A stretch of 64,000 nucleotides of DNA from Oceanispirochaeta sp. (GTDB lineage Bacteria > Spirochaetota > Spirochaetia > DSM-2461): contig CAXXOA010000002.1 of assembly GCA_963666275.2 (NCBI GenBank), forward strand, positions 1,696,001-1,760,000, written 5' to 3'. Shown here in pieces: positions 28,671-37,835 of this stretch (position 1 is its first letter; the number at the start of each line of letters is the position of its first letter). The position numbers and the translations under genes are program-made. Under the pieces are notes generated by a model. It had not been told where the DNA came from, did no database searches, and saw nothing but the letters and a program-made list of their open reading frames with translations.

Positions 28671-30278
28671 TCAGGCCTCTGTACTTAGGGGGAGCTCCAG
28701 AATAAAACAGGCTCCTCCCCCGGGTCTGTTGACTCCTCTGATACACCCTCCGTAACTTTCAGCAATAGAGCGTACAATCGAGAGGCCCAGTCCGCTGTGG
28801 CCACACCTGCCGCTCTCCTCCCTGTCCGAATAAAAACGGTTGAAGATTTTCTCCTCCGAACCCGGAGACAGTCCGGGACCCCTGTCTTCCACGCATATCA
28901 CCGCCCGGTTCCTGCGGGTACTCAGGGACAGTTCTATGGTTTCCTCCCGGGGGGAGAAGCTGTCGGCATTGCTCAGCAGATTGCTCAGGCACTGGTAGAG
29001 CCTGTTCTCCGCCATCAGGATCTTTGCCGTTTCAGTCGTCCTGCTCTGCCTGAAATCATAGTTTCCGGCTGAGGGGCGTTTCTTCCACTCCTCCAGGAAG
29101 CCTTCCAGATAGGGGGAGAGCTCTATGCTCTGCTTCTCTTCCTCCTCCAGGGAGACATCCATCCGGGAGAGGTCTTTCAGGTCATCCAGGAGATTCTGAA
29201 TCCTGTCGGATTCCCTCCGTATGATCCCGATCAGGGGGCGCAGGGTTTCAGGGGAATCCTGATCGGCCAGTTCGGCGGCACTCCGGATCGAAGCCAGAGG
29301 ATTTTTCATCTCATGGGTAATATCCGCTGAAAATCCCCCTATGAAATTCATCTGTTTTTCCAGTTTCCCCGAAAGGGTGTGGAGAGAGCGTGAGAGTTCT
29401 CCGATCTCATCTTCCGATTTGACCGGGCGGAACTCTCCGGCGACTCTGCCCCTGTGATCCAGGAATTTTTCGGCCTGTTTTGTCAGGTTTCTGACAGGGA
29501 TGGTAATGGTCCGGGCCAGGAGTATGGACAGCAGAACCGCCGCTCCCAGGGAGTAGAGGAAAATCCGGAGCATATCCAGCCTCAGGCTGTAAAGGTCGGT
29601 CAGTATTCTGTAGGTTGATTTGGAGATCAGTACCGCTCCGGCAATGGACTCTCCCTCCCTGATGGGGATCGCCGAATAGAGGGTGACCGATCTCTGGCCG
29701 CCCGAAGAGTAGCGGGTCCTGGCGCCGTACCTGCCCTGAAGGGCCTGGCGGATTTCGGGGCCCTCCAGCCTGTCTGTGCTGTTGTAGAACTCCGCCGATC
29801 CCAGAGGGGGCGAGGGAGGGAGAAACAGACGGCGCACTACATTGATGGGGTAGACCGCTGTTTTATAGAGCCAGTTTTCTCTGATATCTTCGGAAACCGT
29901 GGCATCCAGCGACTCATAGAGATCCTGCGACCGGGAACTCCGGAGTTTTGTATTTTCTTCTGCAGATGGGGGAGTCTCCAGGTTGTCGTAGAGAGCGGGA
30001 TCGCTGGAGTCGGCCAGGAGATTCCCTTCAGAATCCACAATCCTGATCCGGGAGTCGGTCCTTTCCCTGAGATTCCTGAGGATCCTGGGGGCTTCCTCCT
30101 CCAGGGATGTCTCTTCCAGAGCGGCACTGAGGATCCTTCCCTGCTGGACCATGGCATTTTCCATGCTTATAAGGAGCTGCCTTTCGTAGGTATCCAGCAC
30201 AAACATCCCCCCCAGAGGGAAGAACACAAGGAGCACATTGAAAATCATAAGACGAAGAGTCAGGCTCCGAAGCTTCAC
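28671..30278 (-). CDS. Sensor histidine kinase, ChvG/CreC-like (HAMP)
   Basis: TM, periplasmic domain, TM, HAMP (DEIGELS), ITHEMKNPL, NLLSNA, GLGLSI; GTGA overlap with the regulator. Confidence 0.9.
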   Translation of the reverse strand: MKLRSLTLRLMIFNVLLVFFPLGGMFVLDTYERQLLISMENAMVQQGRILSAALEETSLEEEAPRILRNLRERTDSRIRIVDSEGNLLADSSDPALYDNLETPPSAEENTKLRSSRSQDLYESLDATVSEDIRENWLYKTAVYPINVVRRLFLPPSPPLGSAEFYNSTDRLEGPEIRQALQGRYGARTRYSSGGQRSVTLYSAIPIREGESIAGAVLISKSTYRILTDLYSLRLDMLRIFLYSLGAAVLLSILLARTITIPVRNLTKQAEKFLDHRGRVAGEFRPVKSEDEIGELSRSLHTLSGKLEKQMNFIGGFSADITHEMKNPLASIRSAAELADQDSPETLRPLIGIIRRESDRIQNLLDDLKDLSRMDVSLEEEEKQSIELSPYLEGFLEEWKKRPSAGNYDFRQSRTTETAKILMAENRLYQCLSNLLSNADSFSPREETIELSLSTRRNRAVICVEDRGPGLSPGSEEKIFNRFYSDREESGRCGHSGLGLSIVRSIAESYGGCIRGVNRPGGGACFILELPLSTEA

Positions 30279-30961
30279 TGGCGGTACCTGTATCCTGCGC
30301 CGTAAACTGTTTCTATCGAGTCGAAACTCTCATCCCTCAGGTGAAACTTTTTCCTCAGCCTCTTGATATGACTGTCTACGGATCGGTCGGAAACATAATT
30401 GTCCAGGGGAAAGGCCGCATCGGTGAGCTGCTGCCGGGAGCAGACCGTTCCGGGGTTTTCCGTAAGGGCTTCGAGCATTCTGAACTCTGTAATGGTTAAA
30501 GGAAGAACCTCTCCCTTCCAGAGCGCTTCGTACCGGCTGGGAAAGATCGTGAGGTTTCCCGTTGACCGGGAGTCGGAGGAATCCTCAGAGGGGTTCTGCA
30601 GGCTCCGTTTGAACAGGACCTTCACCCGGGCAATGAGCTCTCGCACAGAAAAGGGTTTGCACAGGTAGTCGTCTCCTCCTATCTCCAGGCCCAGGACCCT
30701 GTCTATCTCCTCATCCCGGGAGGAGAGAAACATAAGGGGGATCGCTTCGTTTATACTCCGGATCTTCCGGCAGAGCTCCAGCCCGTCCATCCGGGGCATC
30801 ATAATATCCAGAATCATAAGATCCGCAGGGTTCTGACGGAAACTCTCCCATGCCTCCTGACCGTTCCTGTGGGTTTCCACGAGATATCCCTCTCTTTTCA
30901 GGGCATAGCTGAGGGTCTCTCTGATTCCCTCTTCGTCATCTACCAGAGCAATCCGTTTCAT
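30275..30961 (-). CDS. OmpR-family response regulator, ChvI/CreB-like
   Basis: IALVDD, LDIMMPRMDG, DRSVDSHIKRLRKKF, IETVYGAGY. Confidence 0.92.
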   Translation of the reverse strand: MKRIALVDDEEGIRETLSYALKREGYLVETHRNGQEAWESFRQNPADLMILDIMMPRMDGLELCRKIRSINEAIPLMFLSSRDEEIDRVLGLEIGGDDYLCKPFSVRELIARVKVLFKRSLQNPSEDSSDSRSTGNLTIFPSRYEALWKGEVLPLTITEFRMLEALTENPGTVCSRQQLTDAAFPLDNYVSDRSVDSHIKRLRKKFHLRDESFDSIETVYGAGYRYRQ

Positions 30962-31020
30962 AGGGCCAGTGTACCATGGATTTACTTTCCTCTCACAGAG
31001 GGATAACCCTTTCGGGGGCA

Positions 31021-31041
31021 ATGCCATATATTTGCCACATT
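31021..31041 (+). promoter_or_regulatory. Direct-repeat regulator box upstream of creD
   Basis: TGCCATA-N4-TGCCACA, 11-bp period, between the divergent regulator and creD. Confidence 0.55.
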
Positions 31042-31120
31042 TCCGACTCATTCAGGGCGTATTTATCTTTCATACTCAGCTCATATCAAAGAAACCCGGG
31101 CGGATAGAGCCTGAAAGGAT

Positions 31121-32509
31121 GTGTACCCTATGAGTGAAATGGAAAAAAACGGTATGGAAAAGAGGAAAGGTCCCGATCTGGGGCGGCTCAGGAACCTGGG
31201 CTCATCGGCTTACGGCGTAAAGGTTCTGATTATTGTGATCCTCCTTCTCTGTTTTCAGCTCCCCCTGGAAATGATCCGATCCACTGTCTCGGAACGTCAG
31301 TGGCGCCGGGTGGAGGTGGAAGGGGAGATCCTGGAGACCCGGGGGGGGAGTGTCGTGGTGGGAGGGCCTGTGATGGTGGTGCCCCGGCTGAAGGAAGTCG
31401 CTGTTTCGGATGAGCAGGGAAAGCGCATTGCCACAAGAAAGGTCAGGAGTTCCATCTATATCCTTCCCGAGAGCCTGCAGATCCGGGGGGTCTCAGATTC
31501 CTCGGTGAAGGAACGGGGGATCTATTCGGTTCCCGTCTACTCTCTCCTTGTGGAAGGTCAGGGAAACTTTCTGCCCGGAGAGATTCTGAAAGAGTATGAT
31601 CCCCGTGAGATCCTCTGGGATGAAATCACAATCCAGTTCAGCTATCCCCAGCTGAAGGGGATGCAGAATATACAGCCCCTGCTCTGGAACGGCCGGGAGA
31701 GTTCTTTCCGACCCGGGTCCAGGGGAAAGGGGATCTATCCCGGGGTCATCTCCGCCTCTGTGGCTCTGAATGAACATACCGGGGCGTCCTATCCTTTTCA
31801 GTTTTCCCAGCTGATCCAGGGAGGGGAGTCTCTCTCCTTTCTCCCCCTGGCAGGGAATACTCAGGTGACCCTTCAGTCCGATTGGGCCAGCCCCTCATTC
31901 AACGGCTATTATCTTCCCGGTGACAGCCGGATTGGCGAGGACGGATTTACAGCCGAGTGGCAGATCAATGCACTGAGCCGGAGCATTCCCCGGAGCTGGG
32001 AGGGGGATGACAACGACGCTTTCGACAGGATCAGGGAGTCCGCTTTCGGGCTGCGGTTCTTTCCCGTGGTGACCTCGTATGATCGAATTCACAGAACCCT
32101 CAAGTACAGCTTCCTGTTTCTGGTGCTTCCCTTTCTGACATTCTTTCTGTTTGAGCTGATCCGTAAGGTCAGGATTCATCCTGTCCAGTACATCCTGGCG
32201 GGGGCGGGGAATATAATGTTTTATCTGCTCCTGTTATCCCTTTCAGAGCACCTTCCCTTCGAAGGGGCCTATCTGAGCGCCTCTCTGGCCGTAATTGTCA
32301 TGCTGACCTGGTATGCCATCATGCTGCTGAAAAAATGGCGTTCCGGGATGACCATGTTGCCTGTGATGGCCCTTTCCTACGGATATATGTATTTTGTTCT
32401 CCAGTCCGAAGATTACGCACTGCTCCTGGGCTCTCTGGGACTGTTCGGTGCCATCGCTCTTGTTATGTTTCTGACAAGGAAAATAGACTGGTATGGCGGC
32501 AGACAATAG
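31121..32509 (+). CDS. creD: Inner-membrane protein CreD
   Basis: RGIYSVPVY, SDWASPSF, KYSFLF, IHPVQY, LLLSLSEH, EDYALLLGS, MFLTRKIDWY. Confidence 0.93.
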   Translation: MYPMSEMEKNGMEKRKGPDLGRLRNLGSSAYGVKVLIIVILLLCFQLPLEMIRSTVSERQWRRVEVEGEILETRGGSVVVGGPVMVVPRLKEVAVSDEQGKRIATRKVRSSIYILPESLQIRGVSDSSVKERGIYSVPVYSLLVEGQGNFLPGEILKEYDPREILWDEITIQFSYPQLKGMQNIQPLLWNGRESSFRPGSRGKGIYPGVISASVALNEHTGASYPFQFSQLIQGGESLSFLPLAGNTQVTLQSDWASPSFNGYYLPGDSRIGEDGFTAEWQINALSRSIPRSWEGDDNDAFDRIRESAFGLRFFPVVTSYDRIHRTLKYSFLFLVLPFLTFFLFELIRKVRIHPVQYILAGAGNIMFYLLLLSLSEHLPFEGAYLSASLAVIVMLTWYAIMLLKKWRSGMTMLPVMALSYGYMYFVLQSEDYALLLGSLGLFGAIALVMFLTRKIDWYGGRQ

Positions 32510-32572
32510 GACAATTCAGGACAACCGGCTTTTTGGGGAAAATTACTCATTAGTCCTCTCCTGCCGGATGGA

Positions 32573-32649
32573 TCCTGAGAGAAGTCGAAGTGAGGTCCCT
32601 GAGCTAATTTGAATCAGCCGAAGGGCGGTCCCTGAGCGGAGCCGAAGGG
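32573..32649. repeat. Three tandem REP-like units (GGTCCCTGAGCGGAGCCGAAGGG type)
   Basis: tcctgagagaagtcgaagtg / ggtccctgagc..agccgaaggg / cggtccctgagcggagccgaaggg. Confidence 0.7.
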
Positions 32650-33638
32650 TAGTATTTTTTATAGAGCCCCCTGAACTGATCATAGGTCAGGTTCAGGGCT
32701 TCGGCGGCATTTTTCTGACTGTACCGGTTCTCCTCCAGGGCCCGGATCAGAAAATCCCGTTCCATCTGCTTCATATAGTCCCGGAAATCTTTCAGGGGGA
32801 TCTGAGACGGGGCGCTCCGTGGGGATTCAGTTTCCTCCTGTTCCTGTTCATCCCCTTTATAGGGATTGGTAAAGGGAACAAGCTCAATGCTGTCAATCAC
32901 ATCGCTATCAGCGCGGTAGACGGCCCGCTCCACCGCATTTTTCAGTTCCCTCACATTGCCTGGCCATTCGTATTCCTCCAGCTGCCGGCTGACATCTTCG
33001 GAAAAAACAGGGGCCTCCATCCGCCCTGTTTCCCGGCTCATTCTCATGGCGAAATGCCTTGCCAGGACATGAATGTCGCTCTTTCTGTACCGCAGAGGGG
33101 GCAGATAGAGGACTTCGAAAGAGAGCCGGTCCAGCAGATCCTCTTTGAACTTTCCCTGCCGGCAGAGTTCCGGGAGATCCGCGTTGGTGGCTCCTATGAT
33201 CCGGACATCCACTTCCTGCTCTGTGGAGCTTCCCACCCGGCTGAAACAGCCGTATTCAACAGTCCTGAGGATCTTCTCCTGTACTTCCATGGGAACCAGG
33301 CCGATTTCATCCAGAAAGAGAGTCCCCTGATGGGCCTCTTCAAATCGGCCTTTCCTCCTTGTCGAGGCTCCAGTAAAAGCTCCGGCTTCATGGCCGAAGA
33401 GCTCCGACTCCAGCAGGGACGGGGCAAGGGCGGCGCAATTGACCGGAATATAGGGACTTTTCCATCGGGAGGAGAGGTAGTGGAGACGGGCGGCGGCCAG
33501 TTCCTTTCCGGTGCCTCTCTCGCCCACAAGCAGGACGGGACGGTCTACTCTGGCCGCAAGGCTGAGCTTCTGCTGAAAATCCAGGAAGGCTTCCGATTCA
33601 CCCAGGGCTTCTCCCGGGAGCTGTCGATTCTTGTTCAT
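32604..33638 (-). CDS. pspF: Phage shock operon sigma54 activator PspF
   Basis: No N-terminal regulatory domain; GERGTGKELAA, GAFTGA, DLLDRLSF, LTYDQFRG HTH; divergent from pspA. Confidence 0.93.
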   Translation of the reverse strand: MNKNRQLPGEALGESEAFLDFQQKLSLAARVDRPVLLVGERGTGKELAAARLHYLSSRWKSPYIPVNCAALAPSLLESELFGHEAGAFTGASTRRKGRFEEAHQGTLFLDEIGLVPMEVQEKILRTVEYGCFSRVGSSTEQEVDVRIIGATNADLPELCRQGKFKEDLLDRLSFEVLYLPPLRYRKSDIHVLARHFAMRMSRETGRMEAPVFSEDVSRQLEEYEWPGNVRELKNAVERAVYRADSDVIDSIELVPFTNPYKGDEQEQEETESPRSAPSQIPLKDFRDYMKQMERDFLIRALEENRYSQKNAAEALNLTYDQFRGLYKKYYPSAPLRDRPSADSN

Positions 33639-33658
33639 AGGTTTATTATACTGATAAA

Positions 33659-33740
33659 TGGTTAACTTTACCAATAACTTTCTTTTTATGACGCCAAAAC
33701 CGGGAATTTTCGAGGTAACAGAAGTTGGCATGGAGTTTGT
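33659..33740 (+). promoter_or_regulatory. PspF-site-like inverted repeat and sigma54 promoter of pspA
   Basis: TGGT-N7-ACCA at 33659-33673; TGGCAT-GGAGT-TTGT at 33726-33740. Confidence 0.7.
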
Positions 33741-33782
33741 TATAGTATTATCAGAAGCTTATTACAGCTCAGGAGGAATAGT

Positions 33783-34460
33783 ATGAGTATATTTTCAAGA
33801 TTTAGAGACATTATCAACTCTAACATAAATGATCTTCTTGATAAGGTGGAAGATCCTGAAAAGATGATCCGTCTGATGATTCAGGAAATGGAGGACACCC
33901 TTGTGGAGCTGAAATCCTCCTGTGCCGGGAAAATGGCGTCCCGTGCAGAAATACTCCGGGAGAAGGACTTTCAGCAGCAGAAGCTGGAACGCTGGGAGGG
34001 CAGGGCCCGTCTGGCACTGGAAAAAGAGCGGGAAGATCTGGCAAGAGAAGCCCTTCTGGAAAAGAAAAACTGTCTGAATCAGATCACTCTTCTGGAAAAG
34101 GATCTTGAACATTTCGAAAAGCTGATTGACGAATGCAAGGGCAATATTCTGCAGCTTGAGCAGAAACTGGAAGAGGTCCGGCAGAAGCATAAACTGCTGA
34201 TTCAGAGAGGAAGGCATGCCCAGGAAACCAAACAGGCCCGGCAGGCCATGCACCAGGCTTCGGGAACTGATGCTTTTATGAGGTTTAACGAACTGGAAAA
34301 GAAAGTGGAACAGATGGAAGCGGAAGCGGAACTTTCTGGTTTCGGACCGGCTTCAAACAGCAAAATTGAGCACGAGTTCGACAAACTGGAATCCGAATCG
34401 GAAATTGATGAAGAGCTGGAAGCCCTGAGAAAATCCATGAAGAAAGGAAAAGAATCGTAA
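33783..34460 (+). CDS. pspA: Phage shock protein A
   Basis: MSIFSRFRDIINSNIN...EDPEKMIRLMIQEMED; coiled coil. Confidence 0.95.
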   Translation: MSIFSRFRDIINSNINDLLDKVEDPEKMIRLMIQEMEDTLVELKSSCAGKMASRAEILREKDFQQQKLERWEGRARLALEKEREDLAREALLEKKNCLNQITLLEKDLEHFEKLIDECKGNILQLEQKLEEVRQKHKLLIQRGRHAQETKQARQAMHQASGTDAFMRFNELEKKVEQMEAEAELSGFGPASNSKIEHEFDKLESESEIDEELEALRKSMKKGKES

Positions 34461-34463
34461 GCT

Positions 34464-34709
34464 ATGAATCCCATTATGCTGCCAGTCTATATTGTTGCCA
34501 TAGTCGTAGGTATTCCGGTTATTAGCGGTTCTGTTACCAAAATAGTCAAAACGATCTATGCGGACAGGGAAGCTGAAAGGAACCGGAACCGGAATTATGA
34601 AAGTGAAACCATAAAAGAGATGGAAGCAGTGTTGAAAGATTTACGCAAACGAGTGGAAAACCTGGAGACCATCCTTCTTGATCTGGATAACAGGAGAAAT
34701 CAGTTATGA
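34464..34709 (+). CDS. PspB-like membrane protein
   Basis: Single TM plus RVENLETIL motif; lies between pspA and pspC. Confidence 0.7.
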   Translation: MNPIMLPVYIVAIVVGIPVISGSVTKIVKTIYADREAERNRNRNYESETIKEMEAVLKDLRKRVENLETILLDLDNRRNQL

Positions 34710-35068
34710 CTTATACCCATAAACGTTTATACCGTTCCCGCAACGGGAAAATTTTCGGAGTCTGCCGGGGGATTGCGGACTGGCGCAATCTGCCGGTGGA
34801 ATATATACGGCTTTTTATGATCCTGGCCTTTATCTTCACCGGCTTCTTTCCGGTGGGCCTGATCTACTTCCTGGCCGCCATGGTTTTGCCAATGGAGCCC
34901 GAGGGATCCCGGGATTACCGCTTTTCTGATAGAGAGTATGAGTCCCGGAGCGGTTTTGACTCTTTCAGAAGAGACGCCCAGGATCTGAAAGACCGGGTCA
35001 GCCGTATGGAAAGCCGGGTTTTCGATAAAGAGAAAAACTGGGATGAGAGGTTTCGGAAAGACCGTTAG
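34706..35068 (+). CDS. pspC: Phage shock protein C
   Basis: RLYRSRNGKIFGVCRGIA PspC domain. Confidence 0.9.
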   Translation: MTYTHKRLYRSRNGKIFGVCRGIADWRNLPVEYIRLFMILAFIFTGFFPVGLIYFLAAMVLPMEPEGSRDYRFSDREYESRSGFDSFRRDAQDLKDRVSRMESRVFDKEKNWDERFRKDR

Positions 35069-35079
35069 ACACCGAATCT

Positions 35080-35853
35080 CTAAAGGGAGAGAGCTCCCAG
35101 AACAGAGGAAATGTCCCCGCCGGCTTTGACAACAGCTTCTGAGAGCTCTTTCAGTCTTTCATCATCCATTCTTACCGAGGGGCCGGATATGCTTATGGCC
35201 CCGCAGATTTCTTTCTTTCCATTGAATATGGGAGCGGCAACACAGCGGACGCCCTGTTCGTTCTCTTCCATGTCCAGGCTGTATCCCCTCTGACGGATCT
35301 TTTCAAGCTCTCCGGCCAGGGTCTCTCTGTCTGTTATGGTTGTCTCCGTTCGGGAGTTCCATTCCACATCTTTCAGCATCGCCGACTGTTCTTCCGGATT
35401 GAGCCAGGAGAGGATCGCCTTGCCGACACCCGTACAGTTGGGGCGGATAAACCGTCCCTGGGCGGAGGCCATGGCCACTCTCAGTGCCAGGGGAGATTCA
35501 ATTTTATCAAGATAGAAAATCCGGTTGTCCTCCATGGATGCCAGATGGATGGTTTCCTGGGAGTATTCGGCCAGCTCTTCCATATAGGGAAGCGCCGCCT
35601 TGTGTAGATCCAGTCTGTTCAGGGCCTGGACCCCTACCTGAAAAAGTTTCAGAGTGAGGCTGTATTTTTCAGTTTTTCTGTTCTGTCTGACATATCCCTG
35701 CATCATCAGGGTATTGAGAAAACGATAGACCGTACTCTTGTTTCCCTCTACGGCTTCGGCCAGCTCCCTGACGCCCACTTCCTCCTGGATGGATAGGGTT
35801 TCCAGAAGAATCATTGTTTTCTGTACAGATTGTACGGGATCAGGGCTTTTCAT
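35080..35853 (-). CDS. kdgR: IclR-family regulator, KdgR-like
   Basis: KSTVYRFLNTL...GYV.Q...EKYSLTLKLF matches KdgR as I recall it; CTGVGKAIL, EENEQGVRCVAAP. Confidence 0.75.
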   Translation of the reverse strand: MKSPDPVQSVQKTMILLETLSIQEEVGVRELAEAVEGNKSTVYRFLNTLMMQGYVRQNRKTEKYSLTLKLFQVGVQALNRLDLHKAALPYMEELAEYSQETIHLASMEDNRIFYLDKIESPLALRVAMASAQGRFIRPNCTGVGKAILSWLNPEEQSAMLKDVEWNSRTETTITDRETLAGELEKIRQRGYSLDMEENEQGVRCVAAPIFNGKKEICGAISISGPSVRMDDERLKELSEAVVKAGGDISSVLGALSL

Positions 35854-35958
35854 AGATCGTGTCCTCAATGCGGTTTAACTCTTATATCCGGAAATCTCAG
35901 GATCCGCCGGAAGAGTCCCATAGGGTATGATTTCCTATTATAGAGTACTTCTTTTTTT

Positions 35959-35977
35959 AATGAAACAGCGTTTTAAA
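35959..35977. promoter_or_regulatory. KdgR-box-like operator
   Basis: AATGAAAC-AGC-GTTTTAAA, ~105 bp upstream of the kdgR-like gene. Confidence 0.6.
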
Positions 35978-36056
35978 ACATTTGAATCAGCTTTCCCGGG
36001 GCCCGGGAGGGGAGGCTCCTTTTTCTTTTTTCCTGTTTGGTTTATTCTACCACAAG

Positions 36057-36476
36057 ATGAATCCCACAGAATTACGGCAGCAGATAGAAAAATTCTCATC
36101 AGTGAGCTATTCCCGTTCCGGCGGGCCGGGCGGACAGAACGTCAACAAGGTCAATACAAAAGTCCTTCTGACGATTCCCTTGGATCAGCTCAGCTGCCTC
36201 AATGAGAGCGAACAGGCTCTGGTCCGTCAGAAACTCTCCTCCCGAATCAACAGCAGGGATGAACTCTATATTCAGGTTCAGGATACCCGGTCCCAGTTCT
36301 ATAACAGGCAGCTGGCGGTGGAACAGCTTATGAGTCTGATCCGTCAGAGCCTGATCCGACAGAGGAAGAGAAAAAATACAAAACCCACCAGATCTTCTGT
36401 TGAAAAAAGGCTGTCCCAGAAAAAAAAACGGGGGGATAAAAAGAAATCCCGCAACAGCCGCAACTGGATGGACTGA
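36057..36476 (+). CDS. arfB: Alternative ribosome rescue factor ArfB
   Basis: SRSGGPGGQNVNK, RSQFYNR, basic C-terminal tail. Confidence 0.93.
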   Translation: MNPTELRQQIEKFSSVSYSRSGGPGGQNVNKVNTKVLLTIPLDQLSCLNESEQALVRQKLSSRINSRDELYIQVQDTRSQFYNRQLAVEQLMSLIRQSLIRQRKRKNTKPTRSSVEKRLSQKKKRGDKKKSRNSRNWMD

Positions 36477-36502
36477 AGATCTTCACCGCCCGCAGAGGGT
36501 TT

Positions 36503-36976
36503 TTAGTTTTTAAACATCCCCTCCAGATGATTGTAGTTTGATCCATTGGCTTCCAGCAGGACCAGATCCTCTCCCCGGGTCTGCAGTTTAAGGGTTTTTA
36601 TATTTCCTCCGGAGAGAGACAGATCCATGATAAGATCTCCCTGTTCATTCACATCGATTGTTCCGGTAAGTGTCTCAAATGAGAATGTCGGCTGTTCTCC
36701 CCCGGAAGGAGATCCCATAGTCTCCGACATGGACAGGACAAATTCCGTCACTCCGAACCGGGTGAACTCCATATGGGTGATTCCCGTCATCATATCCATT
36801 TCCATCTCCACATTTTCCGGTGCTGCGGAAATCATCGATGTCATCAGGACAAAGCCGAAAAGGGTCAGTGCGGCGATGGTTGTTTCCTGAACTTCAAGAT
36901 CCGAAAGGGACTGGGAAAAAAGAAAAGCGGGGATCCGCAGGGTTAAGATAAGGAATAATAGAAAAATCTTTTTCAT
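36503..36976 (-). CDS. Hypothetical exported/membrane protein
   Basis: MKKIFLL signal peptide, SD AGGAG 6 nt upstream. Confidence 0.6.
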   Translation of the reverse strand: MKKIFLLFLILTLRIPAFLFSQSLSDLEVQETTIAALTLFGFVLMTSMISAAPENVEMEMDMMTGITHMEFTRFGVTEFVLSMSETMGSPSGGEQPTFSFETLTGTIDVNEQGDLIMDLSLSGGNIKTLKLQTRGEDLVLLEANGSNYNHLEGMFKN

Positions 36977-37066
36977 GAAATGCTCCTGTTTCATGGCCTA
37001 TCCCCTGGACAGCCATCCACGGGGCATAGGAAATTCTAGGATAAACAGGAGCCCTTTGCCGGGTTT

Positions 37067-37816
37067 TCAGGAATCTTCAAGATAAAAACACATAGTTCTG
37101 AGAACTTTCTGTTTCTCTATTTCAATCAGGCGCCATCCTGTGCGGGTGTCCTTCAGGGAGTATTCCCGACTGTCCGGATCAAGGCATCCCAGTGTGGGGG
37201 GCGTTATATGAACAACCACCGGGGGCTCTTCCAGTATGACAGTTTTTTCCACGTGATAGTGACCGCAGAACAGGGTCAGGTTCTTCCCCGACTCTCTGAC
37301 TGTAGAAAGGAACAGTGCGGAAGTTTTGTAGGGGTAGTTGGTATCCATAAAGGGAATATCGCACAGACAGGGCGGATGATGCATAAAGAGCAGGCAGTTT
37401 TCAGGCTGTATGGCCAGTTCCCGGGTGAACCATAATTTCTGTTTGATATCCAGTCTCTCCGAAGAACTGTCCAGAAAAAGGAGGGACTCTCCCTTCATGG
37501 CCACAGCCCCGGTCAGGATGACTTTGGGGGGCATGTCCTTCAGGTTGAATATTTCCTGCATAAGCGGGGGATCGTCATGATTCCCGGGAACGATCAGATA
37601 GTGAATACCGGTCTGTTCAAGCTGATCCCTGATCCATTGGTACACAGAGGGATCTCCCTCAGGATGGGTCAGGTCTCCTGTCAGTACAATCAGATCCAGA
37701 TTTTCTTTTGTCAGCTGATTCAGGGTTCTCAGGAATTTATCTCTACTGTCCAGCCCTTTTATGAGTTCCCCTTCCTTTGGAATATGGGTATCAGTTAAAT
37801 GAGCCACTCTCAGCAT
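37067..37816 (-). CDS. Calcineurin-like metallophosphoesterase (CpdA-like)
   Basis: DTH, TGDL, PGNHDD, MHHPP, CGHYH. Confidence 0.88.
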   Translation of the reverse strand: MLRVAHLTDTHIPKEGELIKGLDSRDKFLRTLNQLTKENLDLIVLTGDLTHPEGDPSVYQWIRDQLEQTGIHYLIVPGNHDDPPLMQEIFNLKDMPPKVILTGAVAMKGESLLFLDSSSERLDIKQKLWFTRELAIQPENCLLFMHHPPCLCDIPFMDTNYPYKTSALFLSTVRESGKNLTLFCGHYHVEKTVILEEPPVVVHITPPTLGCLDPDSREYSLKDTRTGWRLIEIEKQKVLRTMCFYLEDS

Positions 37817-37835
37817 GATTTATTCTCCCTGATGT

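Noticed and set aside
32531..32552. TTGGGGAAAATTACTCAT resembling a PspF site downstream of pspF
   Set aside because: Weak palindrome with no sigma54 promoter or gene start nearby
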